Part shown: one piece after another, positions 1-11,910 of the stretch
Layout of the letters: the number at the start of each line of letters is the position of its first letter
Position numbering within the stretch: the first letter of the stretch is position 1
Assembly: GCA_051117555.1 (NCBI GenBank)
Contig: JBNPEG010000107.1
Location: 1 to 31,793, forward strand
DNA length: 31,793 nt
Source of the DNA: Elainellaceae cyanobacterium
Lineage (GTDB): Bacteria; Cyanobacteriota; Cyanobacteriia; CAZCXK01
Reading direction: 5' to 3'
Translations under genes and position numbers: made by a program
The notes under the pieces: generated by a model
What the model was told of the DNA's origin: nothing
The model's input: the letters and a program-made list of their open reading frames with translations, nothing else
Database searches by the model: none

Positions 1-124
1 GCGACGCAACTGCCTTTTCGTATTGACGGATGCTGACGGCTGCCAAGGCTTTCATCGTCTTGACGACAGACTGGAGGTCTTGGGTACTATCAATTTGGGA
101 TTGAAGGGCTTCTAGGGTTTCCAT
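1..124 (-). CDS. atpG: N-ATPase gamma subunit, 5' part (runs off window)
   Basis: Manual translation from ATG at 124: METLEALQSQIDSTQDLQSVVKTMKALAAVSIRQYEKAV, a gamma-subunit N-terminal helix; directly downstream of atpA. Confidence 0.9.
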   Translation of the reverse strand, partial: METLEALQSQIDSTQDLQSVVKTMKALAAVSIRQYEKAVAS

Positions 125-139
125 GATAGAGCTAGAGGG

Positions 140-1690
140 TCAACTATTTTGTAAGGTATCGTCGTGCGCATAGGATTCAACGGCCTGGCGAGCAGTATCT
201 AGCAGGGTGTCTTGGTCATCGTCACTGAGCGATTCACCCGACTGAATGCGATCGCATAGGTCTGCGCACTGGTCGGTCACGGCATGCCGAATCGCAAATG
301 CAGCCTCTTCAACGTCGTCTAAAGGAACGGCATCAAATATGCCTTCACCCACAGCCAGCAGGACTGCAATCTGTTCTGCTACGGGGATGGGATCAGACTG
401 GGGCTGTTTCAGAATCTCGCGCACGCGCCGTCCGCGCCGCAGGGTTTGTCGGGTATCTTCGTCGAGCTGTGTGCCAAAGCGAGCAAAGACTTCGACTTCT
501 TGGAACTGAGAATAGGATAGGCGCAACTCGCCTGCGACGGCTTTGTAGGCAGGAAGCTGGGTTTTGCCGCCGACTCGGGAGACTGACTTGCCGATATCAA
601 CAGGCGGCAAAATGCCTTGCTGGAACAGGTCGGGGGATAGGTAAATCTGACCATCTGTGATTGAAATGAGATTGGTCGGGATGTAGGCTGAAATATTTTG
701 GGCTTGGGTTTCGACAATGGGCAGAGTAGTGAGTGAACCGCCCCCGAGTTCGTCGCGCAGATGAGTCGATCGCTCAAGCATTCGAGAATGGATGTAGAAA
801 ATATCGCCTGGATAGGCCTCTCGACCCGGTGGGCGACGCAGTAGTAAGGACAGTTCCCGATAGGCCCAGGCATGACGGGTGAGGTCATCAAAGATAATCA
901 GCACATCGCGACCCTGCTCCATGAAGTACTCACCCATGGTCGTGGCGGCGTAGGGAGTCACATACTGCAATCCCGGTGGATCGTCTCCCGTGGAAACAAT
1001 GACGATGCTGTAGTCCATTGCGTTGCGATCGCGCAGGGTCGAAATCACCTTGGCGACGGCTGACGTGCGTTTGCCGATCGCGCAGTAGATGCAAATGACA
1101 TCTTTATCTGCCTGATTGAGGATGGTATCCACCGCAATAGTTGTTTTCCCGGTTTGGCGATCGCCCACGATTAGTTCGCGTTGTCCCCGTCCAATGGGAA
1201 TCAGCGCATCAATCGCTTTAATCCCCGTCTGAAGCGGTACTTTCACCGGAGCCCGATCGACAAAGGGGGGCGCGTCTCGTTCGATAGGACGATAATCAAC
1301 GCCGCGAATCTCCCCCTGCTGATCGAGCGGACGACCTGTCGCGTCTAGCACTCGTCCGAGTAGCCCATCTCCGACGGGAGCATTCATGACTTGTTGAGTT
1401 CGCAGAACTCGCTGCCCGACTTTAATATGCTCGCTACTATCCAACAAAATGACGCCGATTTCGTCAGGATCAAGGTTAAACGCGATGCCGTTAACTCCCC
1501 CTGGGAAGCGCAAGATTTCATCGGCTTTAACGCTAGGCAATCCAATAACGCTGGCGATCGCCCCCCCCACTGAGCTGACCATCCCGATTTCGTGGGGTTG
1601 AATTTGAGGCTGATAGGAATCCAATGCTCGGTCGAGCGGGGTAAACGTTTGATCGAGCAAGTTTTTAAGGGATGGAACCTGTGAAGTCAT
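140..1690 (-). CDS. atpA: F1 alpha subunit (N-ATPase type)
   Basis: GDRQTGKT Walker [25 protein letters not shown] motifs. Confidence 0.97.
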   Translation of the reverse strand: MTSQVPSLKNLLDQTFTPLDRALDSYQPQIQPHEIGMVSSVGGAIASVIGLPSVKADEILRFPGGVNGIAFNLDPDEIGVILLDSSEHIKVGQRVLRTQQVMNAPVGDGLLGRVLDATGRPLDQQGEIRGVDYRPIERDAPPFVDRAPVKVPLQTGIKAIDALIPIGRGQRELIVGDRQTGKTTIAVDTILNQADKDVICIYCAIGKRTSAVAKVISTLRDRNAMDYSIVIVSTGDDPPGLQYVTPYAATTMGEYFMEQGRDVLIIFDDLTRHAWAYRELSLLLRRPPGREAYPGDIFYIHSRMLERSTHLRDELGGGSLTTLPIVETQAQNISAYIPTNLISITDGQIYLSPDLFQQGILPPVDIGKSVSRVGGKTQLPAYKAVAGELRLSYSQFQEVEVFARFGTQLDEDTRQTLRRGRRVREILKQPQSDPIPVAEQIAVLLAVGEGIFDAVPLDDVEEAAFAIRHAVTDQCADLCDRIQSGESLSDDDQDTLLDTARQAVESYAHDDTLQNS

Positions 1691-1788
1691 AGTTGAAGCT
1701 AGGGTGAATTAATACTTGCATTAACGGGTGAATCAATATGTGCATCAACGGGTGTTGGACTATGCAGGAACACGTACTGAGTGATGAG

Positions 1789-2589
1789 TTAAGACGACGA
1801 GGATGTCATTCCCGCCGTTGCTTTTCGCTTTTCTTGTTCAAGCTCGGCTGAGACTTCATCTTCAAGGGCTTGCAAGTAGTCGTTAAAGCTCCAGGCAATT
1901 TCGCGATCGCTCACCTGCATTTCAATGCCACAAATCAGATCCGGTGAGGTGCTAAATTTTACGGCTTGCCCATTGGCGACGTTTGCATCTTGCAGAAGCG
2001 CAATCAGGGACTGGCGGGTATCATCAGATAGCTCAAAGCTACTGCGAATCGTGATGTCTTGATGGTCACTCTGAGCGACCTCTACCAAACGCCGCCATTC
2101 AGGATCATCCAACTCTTTGAGCCGCTGCATAAACACGGTGATGGTCTGCTGCTCAAGGCTCGCATCAGCGAGATCTCGAAAGGCTTGGCGTGCGATCGCA
2201 TAGGTTTCGCGAATCACTCGCCGCTGCAACTGGTCTAAAAACTCTTGCTGCTCTTGCTCAATGGCTTCTTTCCAGCGAGCCTGGCGTTGCTCAATATCGC
2301 GCCGAGCATCATGCATCATCTCTTGATAGTGTTGGTTTGCCTTTTCCTTTGCCTCTGCAATCAGTGATGACCGTTGCTCCTCAAGTTCGCGCTGCTTCTG
2401 ACGATAGTGGTTGGCTTCCTCCTGTGCTTGTTCGCGCTGTTTCTGAGCATCCTCTAGCTGATTCTCAATCCGGGTTTGACGCTCGCGCATGATCCGCGTG
2501 ATGGGCTTATACAAGACCAGTCGCAGCAGAAAAATTAAAAGTAAAAAGTTAAAAACTTGAACGGCAACTGTAAACCAATCAATTAGCAC
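1789..2589 (-). CDS. atpF: F0 b subunit with C-terminal delta-like extension (N-ATPase type)
   Basis: MLIDWFTVAVQVFNFLLL TM anchor, coiled coil, 266 aa with SPDLICGIEM-type C-terminal domain; no separate delta gene in the operon. Confidence 0.92.
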   Translation of the reverse strand: MLIDWFTVAVQVFNFLLLIFLLRLVLYKPITRIMRERQTRIENQLEDAQKQREQAQEEANHYRQKQRELEEQRSSLIAEAKEKANQHYQEMMHDARRDIEQRQARWKEAIEQEQQEFLDQLQRRVIRETYAIARQAFRDLADASLEQQTITVFMQRLKELDDPEWRRLVEVAQSDHQDITIRSSFELSDDTRQSLIALLQDANVANGQAVKFSTSPDLICGIEMQVSDREIAWSFNDYLQALEDEVSAELEQEKRKATAGMTSSSS

Positions 2590-2592
2590 AAA

Positions 2593-2874
2593 TCATCCTC
2601 CCCCACTGGCATCTAGGAAGTGACCCCAAAATGGATTTGCGAAGATCAAAATCATAGACACCACAAAACAGTAAATCGCGGTCGATTCAACGATCGCCAA
2701 ACCAACAAACAAGGTGCGGGTAATGGTGTTGGCTTTGTCGGGCTGTTGGGCGATCGCCGCCATAGCACGAGCTAGGGCTAATCCTTCCCCGATGGCAGGC
2801 CCGACTGCTCCAATGGCGATCGTCAGCCCTGCTGTGATAATTGAAACGATACCCACCAAACCTAAATTATCCAT
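2593..2874 (-). CDS. atpE: F0 c subunit with Na+-binding signature
   Basis: Two TM helices, AQQP loop, Glu in helix 1 (GPAIGEG) and ESTAIY in helix 2. Confidence 0.95.
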   Translation of the reverse strand: MDNLGLVGIVSIITAGLTIAIGAVGPAIGEGLALARAMAAIAQQPDKANTITRTLFVGLAIVESTAIYCFVVSMILIFANPFWGHFLDASGGG

Positions 2875-2909
2875 TAACGATACTCCTGCAACAGTCCATC
2901 ATGACTTTT

Positions 2910-3617
2910 CTATGCGACATCTGCATCTGCCTCCGGGTCAGATTGCTGTAGTTGTTGGGCGCGAGTTCCTGAGGCAATATAAACCATCGTCAAAATGGCA
3001 AACACATAGGCTTGAATGATCCCAATGAGCACGCCAAACAACCGCATCAATGCGGGAAAAAGGATGGGGGCAATGGTAATCAGAATAGCAACGAGCAAGC
3101 TGGTGCTCATGATGTTGCCAAATAGACGAATCGCCAATGATATCGTGCGTGAAACTTCACTAATAATTTGGAAGGGCAACATAATGGGAGTCGGCTCGAT
3201 AAAGTGTTTTAAATAGCCGATGATTCCCCGCTTCCAAATGCTGTAAATTGGCACTGCAACAAAGACGCACAGCGCTAAGGCGGTGGTTGTAGACAGCGAT
3301 CCGGCTGGCGATTCGTAGACCGGAAAAATCGTCAGCATGTTTGCAAGCGCAATAAACAGAAATAACGTGCCGACAAAGGGAAGATAGGGTTTGGGATCTT
3401 GCCGACTGGCTTCTCGAATTTGCTGATTAATGACTTCAACGATCGCTTCTAGCATGTTTTGCCAGTTTGACATGCGATGGCGAATCGATAAATTGCGAGT
3501 GACCCACCAGGAGCCGACGACCAGAATTGCCATAATCAGCCACGTATAGAGAATCGTGGCGTTTAGCGTCCAGATGCCAGATTGCCAGAAAATGATATTA
3601 TCTGGGCTAATTTCCAC
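2910..3617 (-). CDS. atpB: F0 a subunit
   Basis: SLAIRLFGN with conserved Arg, IQAYVFAILT; GTG start. Confidence 0.95.
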   Translation of the reverse strand: MEISPDNIIFWQSGIWTLNATILYTWLIMAILVVGSWWVTRNLSIRHRMSNWQNMLEAIVEVINQQIREASRQDPKPYLPFVGTLFLFIALANMLTIFPVYESPAGSLSTTTALALCVFVAVPIYSIWKRGIIGYLKHFIEPTPIMLPFQIISEVSRTISLAIRLFGNIMSTSLLVAILITIAPILFPALMRLFGVLIGIIQAYVFAILTMVYIASGTRAQQLQQSDPEADADVA

Positions 3618-3618
3618 G

Positions 3619-3918
3619 CTAGTCCTCCCTCGCTACATTCAATAAAGGACGAGGCCCCCAGCGATCAATTAGGATCATCCGCGCCAATAAAAATCCCAGT
3701 AAGCCCACCAGGGCTCGTTCCCAGTGTCCCGACATAATGATGTAAAATCCCAGGATTGTAATCACAGTGCGCCCCAAAAAGCTGCCAACAAATAGGCGAA
3801 TGGGAAGCTGGGTGCTAGGCAGTTGGCGGACGGTGATCCAGAGGCTACAAAAGTAGAAAAGGCCAAGCAAGAAACCGGCAGGGAGGGCGGCGATCGCAGG
3901 TAATACGTCAGTCATCAT
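3619..3918 (-). CDS. atpR: N-ATPase AtpR (small membrane subunit)
   Basis: Three hydrophobic helices (GLFYF..LW.TVR; GFLLAR), located between atpQ and atpB as in N-ATPase operons. Confidence 0.8.
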   Translation of the reverse strand: MMTDVLPAIAALPAGFLLGLFYFCSLWITVRQLPSTQLPIRLFVGSFLGRTVITILGFYIIMSGHWERALVGLLGFLLARMILIDRWGPRPLLNVARED

Positions 3919-3968
3919 GATAGTTTTTCCACTGTCAGGTCATATAATATGTGTCAACTCAATGGATG

Positions 3969-4316
3969 TTAGTCCTCTCGACTTTCTTTCTGAATCCAAT
4001 ACCAGGCATTGAAACACCCCACCACTACCCCAACGAACAGGAGAATGAGCGTCCATGAGATTGGCGTGACCCAGGTTGTATCAATCCAGATTCCAATTGC
4101 GATGCCAATCAGCATCGGAATCGCAATTGACCAGCCAACAATACCAAATACACCAACTTCAGATAAAGCGCTGCGCTCTGTGCTATCTTTGGCTTTGAGC
4201 TTACGAGTCGTCTTTTCCTTGACGGCATGGTAGAAGTTGTTAATCGGGTTGTGTTCCTGATTTTGATAGTCTCGAACCTCCGTATCTTCACGAGGCTTCC
4301 GATCTCGACGTTTCAC
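3969..4316 (-). CDS. atpQ: N-ATPase AtpQ (AtpZ/AtpI-like membrane protein)
   Basis: FGIVGWSIAIP..GIWID..SWTL..GCFNAWYW pattern; start moved from 4439 to GTG at 4316, which follows GGAGGA and removes the overlap with atpC. Confidence 0.8.
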   Translation of the reverse strand: MKRRDRKPREDTEVRDYQNQEHNPINNFYHAVKEKTTRKLKAKDSTERSALSEVGVFGIVGWSIAIPMLIGIAIGIWIDTTWVTPISWTLILLFVGVVVGCFNAWYWIQKESRED

Positions 4317-4320
4317 GACC

Positions 4321-4704
4321 TTATCCTCCCATTTCAATAAAGCGACGCACAAATCCAGATTCGAGCTTCGCGAGAGCAGAGCGCGTTTGCCGCTGGCGTT
4401 CATCAAGTTTGCGAAATTCTTCACTGACCGTTTGCTCAAGGGTTTCTAGGCTTGCCCCCCGCACGGCTTGCCGCGTCGAGACTAAAACCTCTGACCCACA
4501 TTTCACTAAAATTCCTTCATCAACTGCGACAAAGGTTTCTTCGACATCATCGGCTTCAAAGGACAAAATACCTGGCGCTAATGCTGTGACAAAGTCGATG
4601 TGGTTGGGATAGATTCCGAATGCGCCATTTTCAGCTTCAGCCGTGATGTTGCTCACGTCTTCTTCGAGGAGAACTTCGGTCGGTAGGAGAATTTTGAGTT
4701 TCAT
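4321..4704 (-). CDS. atpC: F1 epsilon subunit
   Basis: GAFGIYPNHIDFVTAL, VAVDEGILVK motifs. Confidence 0.93.
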   Translation of the reverse strand: MKLKILLPTEVLLEEDVSNITAEAENGAFGIYPNHIDFVTALAPGILSFEADDVEETFVAVDEGILVKCGSEVLVSTRQAVRGASLETLEQTVSEEFRKLDERQRQTRSALAKLESGFVRRFIEMGG

Positions 4705-4727
4705 CGACGGCTCCTTTAAGACGTGGG

Positions 4728-6278
<1,551 letters not shown>

Positions 6279-6606
6279 CTAAAGAATCAGCTAAGGAATG
6301 ATGCCCGCTCCGCGCTATTCCAGACCCATTATGTATTAAGGAATGCTCCAGGTTTTGAAATAGACACGATTTCACTCATTAACCTATCTATGATTAAAGG
6401 CTGTTATCTCCCGTTCAGCATCTTCCGTTTGAAAGAAACTGGAGAGCGACCTGTAACGCACTGCATCTCTGATAGCGAAACCGTCCCTGTGATTCATAGT
6501 GACCGCATTCGATTTTCTGAGACAGAACTTGCCTATTTTTAGCAGCTAGGCTTCGATGAAATTAGACGAACATCGTTCCTCAATCGTGGGCGAGATGTCG
6601 TTAAAC

Positions 6607-6747
6607 TCAGAGTCGAATATCAGAGTCGAATATCAGTGCAGTCCGACTTTTTCAACTACCCTTTTATAATCACGACTTTATAATGACGACATGGCGGTTG
6701 TGGATGGATATTCGAAGATGGATATTCGAAGATGGATATTCGAAGAT
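6607..6747. repeat. Cluster of three short tandem duplications
   Basis: TCAGAGTCGAATA x2 (6607-6632), TTTATAATSACGAC x2 (6663-6690), GATGGATATTCGAA x3 (6703-6744). Confidence 0.9.
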
Positions 6748-6798
6748 TCCATCACGGCTGAATCCAATCGCTTGTATGCGACTACGCTAGGACTTTCT

Positions 6799-8250
6799 AT
6801 GACGGCAACTTCTCAAAATCCCCAGTTCACTCCAACCAAACCAGCTTGGGCAAAGGCGATCGCCCAGCCTGCTCAAGAGTTTCCCTTGACCCAACTGCCC
6901 ATTCTCTCTGGCAGCATTCCCGATGCATTACGAGGAACCCTTTATCGCAACGGGCCGGCGCGATTGGAACGAGGCGGAGAAAAGGTAGGACATTGGTTTG
7001 ATGGGGACGGCGCAATTCTGGCGATTCATATCACCGATGACGGGGCAACCGGAACCTATCGCTATGTGAGAACGGATGGTTTCATAGCAGAAGAGGCTGA
7101 AAACAAATTCTTGTATGCAGGCTATGGAATGACTCCGCCGGGGCTCATTTGGGAACGGTGGGGCAAATCTGCCAAAAATACTGCCAATACGTCTGTCATG
7201 GCGCTGCCCGATAAACTATTGGCACTGTGGGAAGGTGGGAATCCCCACGCGCTCGATCGCCATTCGCTGCAAACGCTGGGGCGTGATGATTTGGAGGGCG
7301 CACTTGAGGGCGATCGCGCGTTTTCTGCTCATCCCAAACGTGATCCCATGACTGGAGAATTTTATAACTTTGGCCTCACTCCGGGGCTCAACGCCACGCT
7401 TAATCTATATCGGGGGGACGCCACGGGCACTATTTTTCAGACATCCACCATTCAGCTTGATGGATTGCCCCTCGTCCACGATTTTGTGATGGCGGGTCGC
7501 TATCTGGTGTTTTGTGTGCCTCCGGTGCAAATTAATTTGCTACCCGTCGCCATTGGCATTCAAAGCTTTAGTGACTCTATGCAGTGGGAGCCTGACCGAG
7601 GCACTGAGATCCTTGTGGTGGATCGAGAAACCCTTGGAGTTGTCAGCCGTGAAACAGTCGATCCGTGGTATCAGTGGCATTTTGCCAATGGCTTTGTCGA
7701 TCGCGACGGTTCAATCATAGTAGATGTGGTTCGCTATGCCGATTTCAAGACCAACCAATATCTCAAAGAAGTTGCCACGGGCGAAACCCACACGCCTGCA
7801 AAGGCAACGTTGTGGAGACTGCGAATCGACCCTCAATCTGGGCACATTAACGCTCACGATGAGGTCATTAATCGGAGCTGCGAATTTCCAGAAATCAAGC
7901 CCCATCAGCTAGGGCAGGCAAGCGATTCGCTTTATCTATCCGTTCACAGTGCTGGTGCAGATATTGCCAAAGACGTTTTGGGAGCGATCGCCCACGTCGA
8001 TCTATCCACAGGAGACCTTACGGAAGCCGATCCGGGCGAAAATCGCTATCCGTCGGAGCCGATTTATGCGGCTCATCCCGACAATCCTGACCAGGGATGG
8101 ATTTTGACCGTCGTCTTTGATGGCACTACCGAATCTAGCGAAGTCTGGATTTATGACGCAGACGGGCTCGATCGCGATCCTATCTGTCGATTGGGGTTGC
8201 CAAGTATTATTCCGCTCAGCTTTCATGGCACCTGGGCACCGCAGGGATAG
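6799..8250 (+). CDS. Carotenoid oxygenase / RPE65 family dioxygenase
   Basis: LRGTLYRNGP, HWFDGDG and four candidate iron-binding His (SAHPK, VHDF, WHFAN, SFHGTW); ATG 6799 after AGGA preferred over 6691, which reads through tandem repeats. Confidence 0.93.
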   Translation: MTATSQNPQFTPTKPAWAKAIAQPAQEFPLTQLPILSGSIPDALRGTLYRNGPARLERGGEKVGHWFDGDGAILAIHITDDGATGTYRYVRTDGFIAEEAENKFLYAGYGMTPPGLIWERWGKSAKNTANTSVMALPDKLLALWEGGNPHALDRHSLQTLGRDDLEGALEGDRAFSAHPKRDPMTGEFYNFGLTPGLNATLNLYRGDATGTIFQTSTIQLDGLPLVHDFVMAGRYLVFCVPPVQINLLPVAIGIQSFSDSMQWEPDRGTEILVVDRETLGVVSRETVDPWYQWHFANGFVDRDGSIIVDVVRYADFKTNQYLKEVATGETHTPAKATLWRLRIDPQSGHINAHDEVINRSCEFPEIKPHQLGQASDSLYLSVHSAGADIAKDVLGAIAHVDLSTGDLTEADPGENRYPSEPIYAAHPDNPDQGWILTVVFDGTTESSEVWIYDADGLDRDPICRLGLPSIIPLSFHGTWAPQG

Positions 8251-8513
8251 ATAGTGTTCCGGTTGAGCGGCAGACAGTCACCCTTTCCAGTAATGCTGAA
8301 ACTTCTGCCGACATACCTTGACATGTAAGCGCTAGATTTAACTGAGGGAGAGCATCTGGAACACCGAAGGCATCAAATCCTTCTGTAAAATTGAATCGCT
8401 GAGCGTCAAGCATTTTGCGTCGACTGATCCGATTCTAGACGTTGAGCAAGTTTGTGAGCAGCTTCGTGTGAGTCCAAAGGCGACCACAGCCCTAGCTCAC
8501 GGACGTAATACCT

Positions 8514-9485
8514 TTAATGGGATGTTCGGCGGCGATCGCCAACGCCGTGTATTCTCATCAAATCTGCAACCGTTTCACAATAGGGGGATAACCCCAACCG
8601 AGATGGGTTCACTGGACTTTCATAGGTGAAATGGCGATAGCTCAATGAGAATCGATCCCAGGGTGCCATCTGAATGCGAAACAGGATGATGAATAGGTCT
8701 GCAAGCTGAGGAAATAGAGGAATGCGAAGAAAGGTCGATTTGTTGAGATACAAAGAAATCTCTCGAATTGCCTGATTAACGGTCAACGCTGGATTGCCTA
8801 ACACTAGCTTGCGGGGCTGATCGGCAGCAGGCGGATGCTCCACCAAATAGCCAATCACCTGAGCAATGTCATAGGCATGAATGAAATGAAAGCTCCCATC
8901 GGTTCTGAAGAAGCGAATCAGATTCATGTGTTTGATCAGATCAGCAAACCCCGCTGAGAGAAACGAGTAGGGCTTTTTCCCATCTCCACCAAACACCAAT
9001 GTCGGAAAAACGGTCGTGATGCGAGGGGCGATCGCCACCTTCGACAAATTTTGATGGCAGATAAACTTGGTGCGAATATAGTCAGTCCCTAATTCACCGG
9101 CTGCTTTGAGGGGCTGGTTGTCATGGCCTAAAATGCTAGCCGTTGAGAAATAAATCACCTGCTGACAGGTTTCTAAATCGAGTAGATTCAGAAGTTCTAG
9201 GGTTTTAACCACGTTGACATCATAGGTTTCAATCGGGTCGCCCCATGCCGCCGCCGTCAAGATCGCCGTGTTAATGGTCTTGAGCAAGTCTGTGTATTTA
9301 TGAATCTGCTTCAGGTTGCCCTGCAACACATGAATCCCCGGACGTGCATCACAATCGACCTTGAGCTTTTCTGGATTGCGGACTAGTAGAAACAGTTCAT
9401 GGTCGGTCTGCTCAATCAACTGAGAGACGATGTAATGGCCAATGCAGCCACTTGCACCGGTGATGAAAATTTGCTGAGAAGTCAT
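8514..9485 (-). CDS. NAD-dependent epimerase/dehydratase family protein
   Basis: ITGASGCIG Rossmann motif, YIRTK (YxxxK); directly downstream of hemE. Confidence 0.88.
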   Translation of the reverse strand: MTSQQIFITGASGCIGHYIVSQLIEQTDHELFLLVRNPEKLKVDCDARPGIHVLQGNLKQIHKYTDLLKTINTAILTAAAWGDPIETYDVNVVKTLELLNLLDLETCQQVIYFSTASILGHDNQPLKAAGELGTDYIRTKFICHQNLSKVAIAPRITTVFPTLVFGGDGKKPYSFLSAGFADLIKHMNLIRFFRTDGSFHFIHAYDIAQVIGYLVEHPPAADQPRKLVLGNPALTVNQAIREISLYLNKSTFLRIPLFPQLADLFIILFRIQMAPWDRFSLSYRHFTYESPVNPSRLGLSPYCETVADLMRIHGVGDRRRTSH

Positions 9486-9551
9486 GCGTAGCAGTGTAAA
9501 CGGTATCTGTAGCGCCCATCCGAAAACTCGCTAGAGTGTTTGGATAGGTTC

Positions 9552-10616
9552 TTAACGGGTTGGCGTTAATAGCTGATCGGCTTGCTTCGCCGTCTCGAAG
9601 AAGTACCTGACGTTATCTTCAGGCGTATCTTTTAACACCCCATGCCCCAAATTGAGAATGTGTCCTCGGTTGCCCGCCTTTTGAATCGTATCCAGGATGC
9701 GATCGCGAATAAATTCTCGCGAACCATATAAAACACCCGGATCAAGATTTCCTTGCACCTTCATGTCATAGCCCAAGCGCTGCCGGGCATCTGCCATATC
9801 AACTGTCCAGTCGACGCTGATGATATCGACCCCCGACTTGACCATGCGCTCTAGCAAACCCGCACTGCCACTCACCAACAGGATGAGAGGCGTATCAGGA
9901 TGGGTCGCTTTCACCTGCTGCACGACTTGCTGCTGATACGGAAGGGCAAAGATTTCATAATCTTGAGGGCTGAGCTGCCCTGCCCACGAATCAAACAGTT
10001 GCACCACTTGAGCCCCTGAATCAATTTGGTAGCGAACATAGGTGGCGATTGAGTTGGCTAACTGCTCTAAGAGCCGATGAAGTAGAGACGGCTCTGTGAA
10101 CGCCATATTTTTGATGACGGAGTATGTTTTAGACCCTTTCCCTTCAACCGCATAGGCTGCCAGCGTCCAAGGCGCACCCACAAACCCCAACACGGTCGAT
10201 TCATTGCCTACTTCTTGTCTGAGTGCCTGCAAAATCTCTTGAATAAAGGGTAACGATTCGACTGGATTGAGGGGATGCAGCGCGTCAATTTGCGCGCGGC
10301 TGCGAATCGGGTCATGAATGATCGGCCCCTTACCCTCAGCGATGTCCATGTCGATGCCCATCCCAGGAAGGGGCGTCACGATATCCGAAAACAAAATCAC
10401 ACCGTCAGGACGAAACGCCCGCCAGGGCTGTAGCGATACCTCAATGGCGACGTCTGGAATTTCAGAGCGTTCACGAAACGACGGATACTTTTCCCGCAGA
10501 TCCCGATATGCTTTCATGTAGCGCCCCGCTTGTCGCATCATCCAAACAGGAGGACGATCCAACGCTTCGCCACGAGCCGCTCTGAGTAAGTAGGGAATCT
10601 GGGATGATTCGGCCAT
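9552..10616 (-). CDS. hemE: Uroporphyrinogen decarboxylase
   Basis: [34 protein letters not shown]. Confidence 0.97.
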   Translation of the reverse strand: MAESSQIPYLLRAARGEALDRPPVWMMRQAGRYMKAYRDLREKYPSFRERSEIPDVAIEVSLQPWRAFRPDGVILFSDIVTPLPGMGIDMDIAEGKGPIIHDPIRSRAQIDALHPLNPVESLPFIQEILQALRQEVGNESTVLGFVGAPWTLAAYAVEGKGSKTYSVIKNMAFTEPSLLHRLLEQLANSIATYVRYQIDSGAQVVQLFDSWAGQLSPQDYEIFALPYQQQVVQQVKATHPDTPLILLVSGSAGLLERMVKSGVDIISVDWTVDMADARQRLGYDMKVQGNLDPGVLYGSREFIRDRILDTIQKAGNRGHILNLGHGVLKDTPEDNVRYFFETAKQADQLLTPTR

Positions 10617-10741
10617 TGTGTAAACTTCCTGTTAAATGTCTTTTTAAGCCCATTTGTTAGCTTAGCACTCTGCGATCGCCCTTTTTCGCAGGGGTTTTTT
10701 AAGAAAATTGACTAAACTCATAGCTCACCATGGAAGACACA

Positions 10742-11650
10742 CTAAAGGACGTCACACACAGTTTTCAAGGTTTGCCGGAGCCATTGGTTTGCTTGATCTG
10801 AGTCTGTCAGCTTACTCCACATCATCGATATCGACCACGGTTCAGTTTGAATTGGCAGCTCAAAGACTTGGATATCCTGCCGGGGTGCAAGGTGCGCCGC
10901 GATTCGAGAGGGAATGGCAGTAATTAAATCGGTCGCTGCCACCAAAGATGGCAGCACCAACATATAGGGCGTTGTCACCGCAATACGCCGCTGCAAGCCG
11001 TAGTTCGCCAGAATGTGATCGATATATCCGGTTTCATCACGTCGGATCGTCACTAGAGCGTGAGAAAGACTGGCAAACGTTCCCAGCGACAGTGTTCCAT
11101 TGGCGATCGCCGGATGTTCGGTTCTGGCAATGCCAACAAATCTTTCTTGAAACAGCGACTCTTGCAAAGTCTGCCGGGGTGGAGTTTGAAACACACCCAA
11201 CGCCAGGTCAATGTCACCCTGTTCAAGCAAGTCTCCAACACTATCCTTCTCAAACCCAATTAGCCTTATGTCAATAGCTGGGGCGGCTCTTTGGCAAAAC
11301 GCTAGCAGCTTGGGGATCACAACACAACTTGCGTAGTCGGAACTGCCAATTGCAATCCGTCGCGGGGTGGTCGCGGGGTCAAACGTTTGGCTCGACGCAA
11401 TCGTGTGACGAATTTGCTGGAGTGCCTGCGAAATTCCAAGAGCAATCTGTAGGGCTTTGGCAGTCGGCTGCATTTCGCGCCCAATGCGGATAAAAAGCTC
11501 ATCGTCAAACAACGTCCTCAATCGCCCCAATGCCGCACTCATAGCGGGCTGCCCTACATAAAGTCGCTGGGCTGCCCCGGTTACGCTACGTTCTTCCATG
11601 AGCGCCTCAAACGCCACGAGAAGATTGAGATCAATTGACGATAAATCCAT
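10742..11650 (-). CDS. LysR-family transcriptional regulator
   Basis: DLNLLVAFEAL..ERSVTGAA..QPAMSAALGRLR HTH, divergent from the SDR operon. Confidence 0.95.
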   Translation of the reverse strand: MDLSSIDLNLLVAFEALMEERSVTGAAQRLYVGQPAMSAALGRLRTLFDDELFIRIGREMQPTAKALQIALGISQALQQIRHTIASSQTFDPATTPRRIAIGSSDYASCVVIPKLLAFCQRAAPAIDIRLIGFEKDSVGDLLEQGDIDLALGVFQTPPRQTLQESLFQERFVGIARTEHPAIANGTLSLGTFASLSHALVTIRRDETGYIDHILANYGLQRRIAVTTPYMLVLPSLVAATDLITAIPSRIAAHLAPRQDIQVFELPIQTEPWSISMMWSKLTDSDQANQWLRQTLKTVCDVL

Positions 11651-11656
11651 AGGCGA

Positions 11657-11691
11657 GGGCAGAAGGCAGAGGGCAGAAGGCAGAGGGCGGA
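11657..11691. repeat. Heptamer short tandem repeat (STRR type)
   Basis: (G/A)GGCAGA x5, last copy degenerate. Confidence 0.85.
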
Positions 11692-11815
11692 AGATATATA
11701 CCTACTACTGAATTGTTTCAGCCATTCGGGGCATCCCAACGCCCCATCACTTGCCATACCAATCGAGAATTGAGAATTGGTCTGAACCAATCCATTGGGT
11801 CATAGGAACCATAAT

Positions 11816-11852
11816 ATCAATCAAATTGATTTCTGCTATCTCTATAATCGAT
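11816..11852. promoter_or_regulatory. Two ATC-N9-GAT LysR-type boxes
   Basis: ATCAATCAAATTGAT (11816-11830) and ATCTCTATAATCGAT (11838-11852), 22 bp apart, in the LysR/SDR divergent spacer. Confidence 0.65.
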
Positions 11853-11910
11853 TTGATTAATTTATGTCATCCCAATAGGCTAGAGTCATAGAGTCTTGGA
11901 ATTCACTAAC

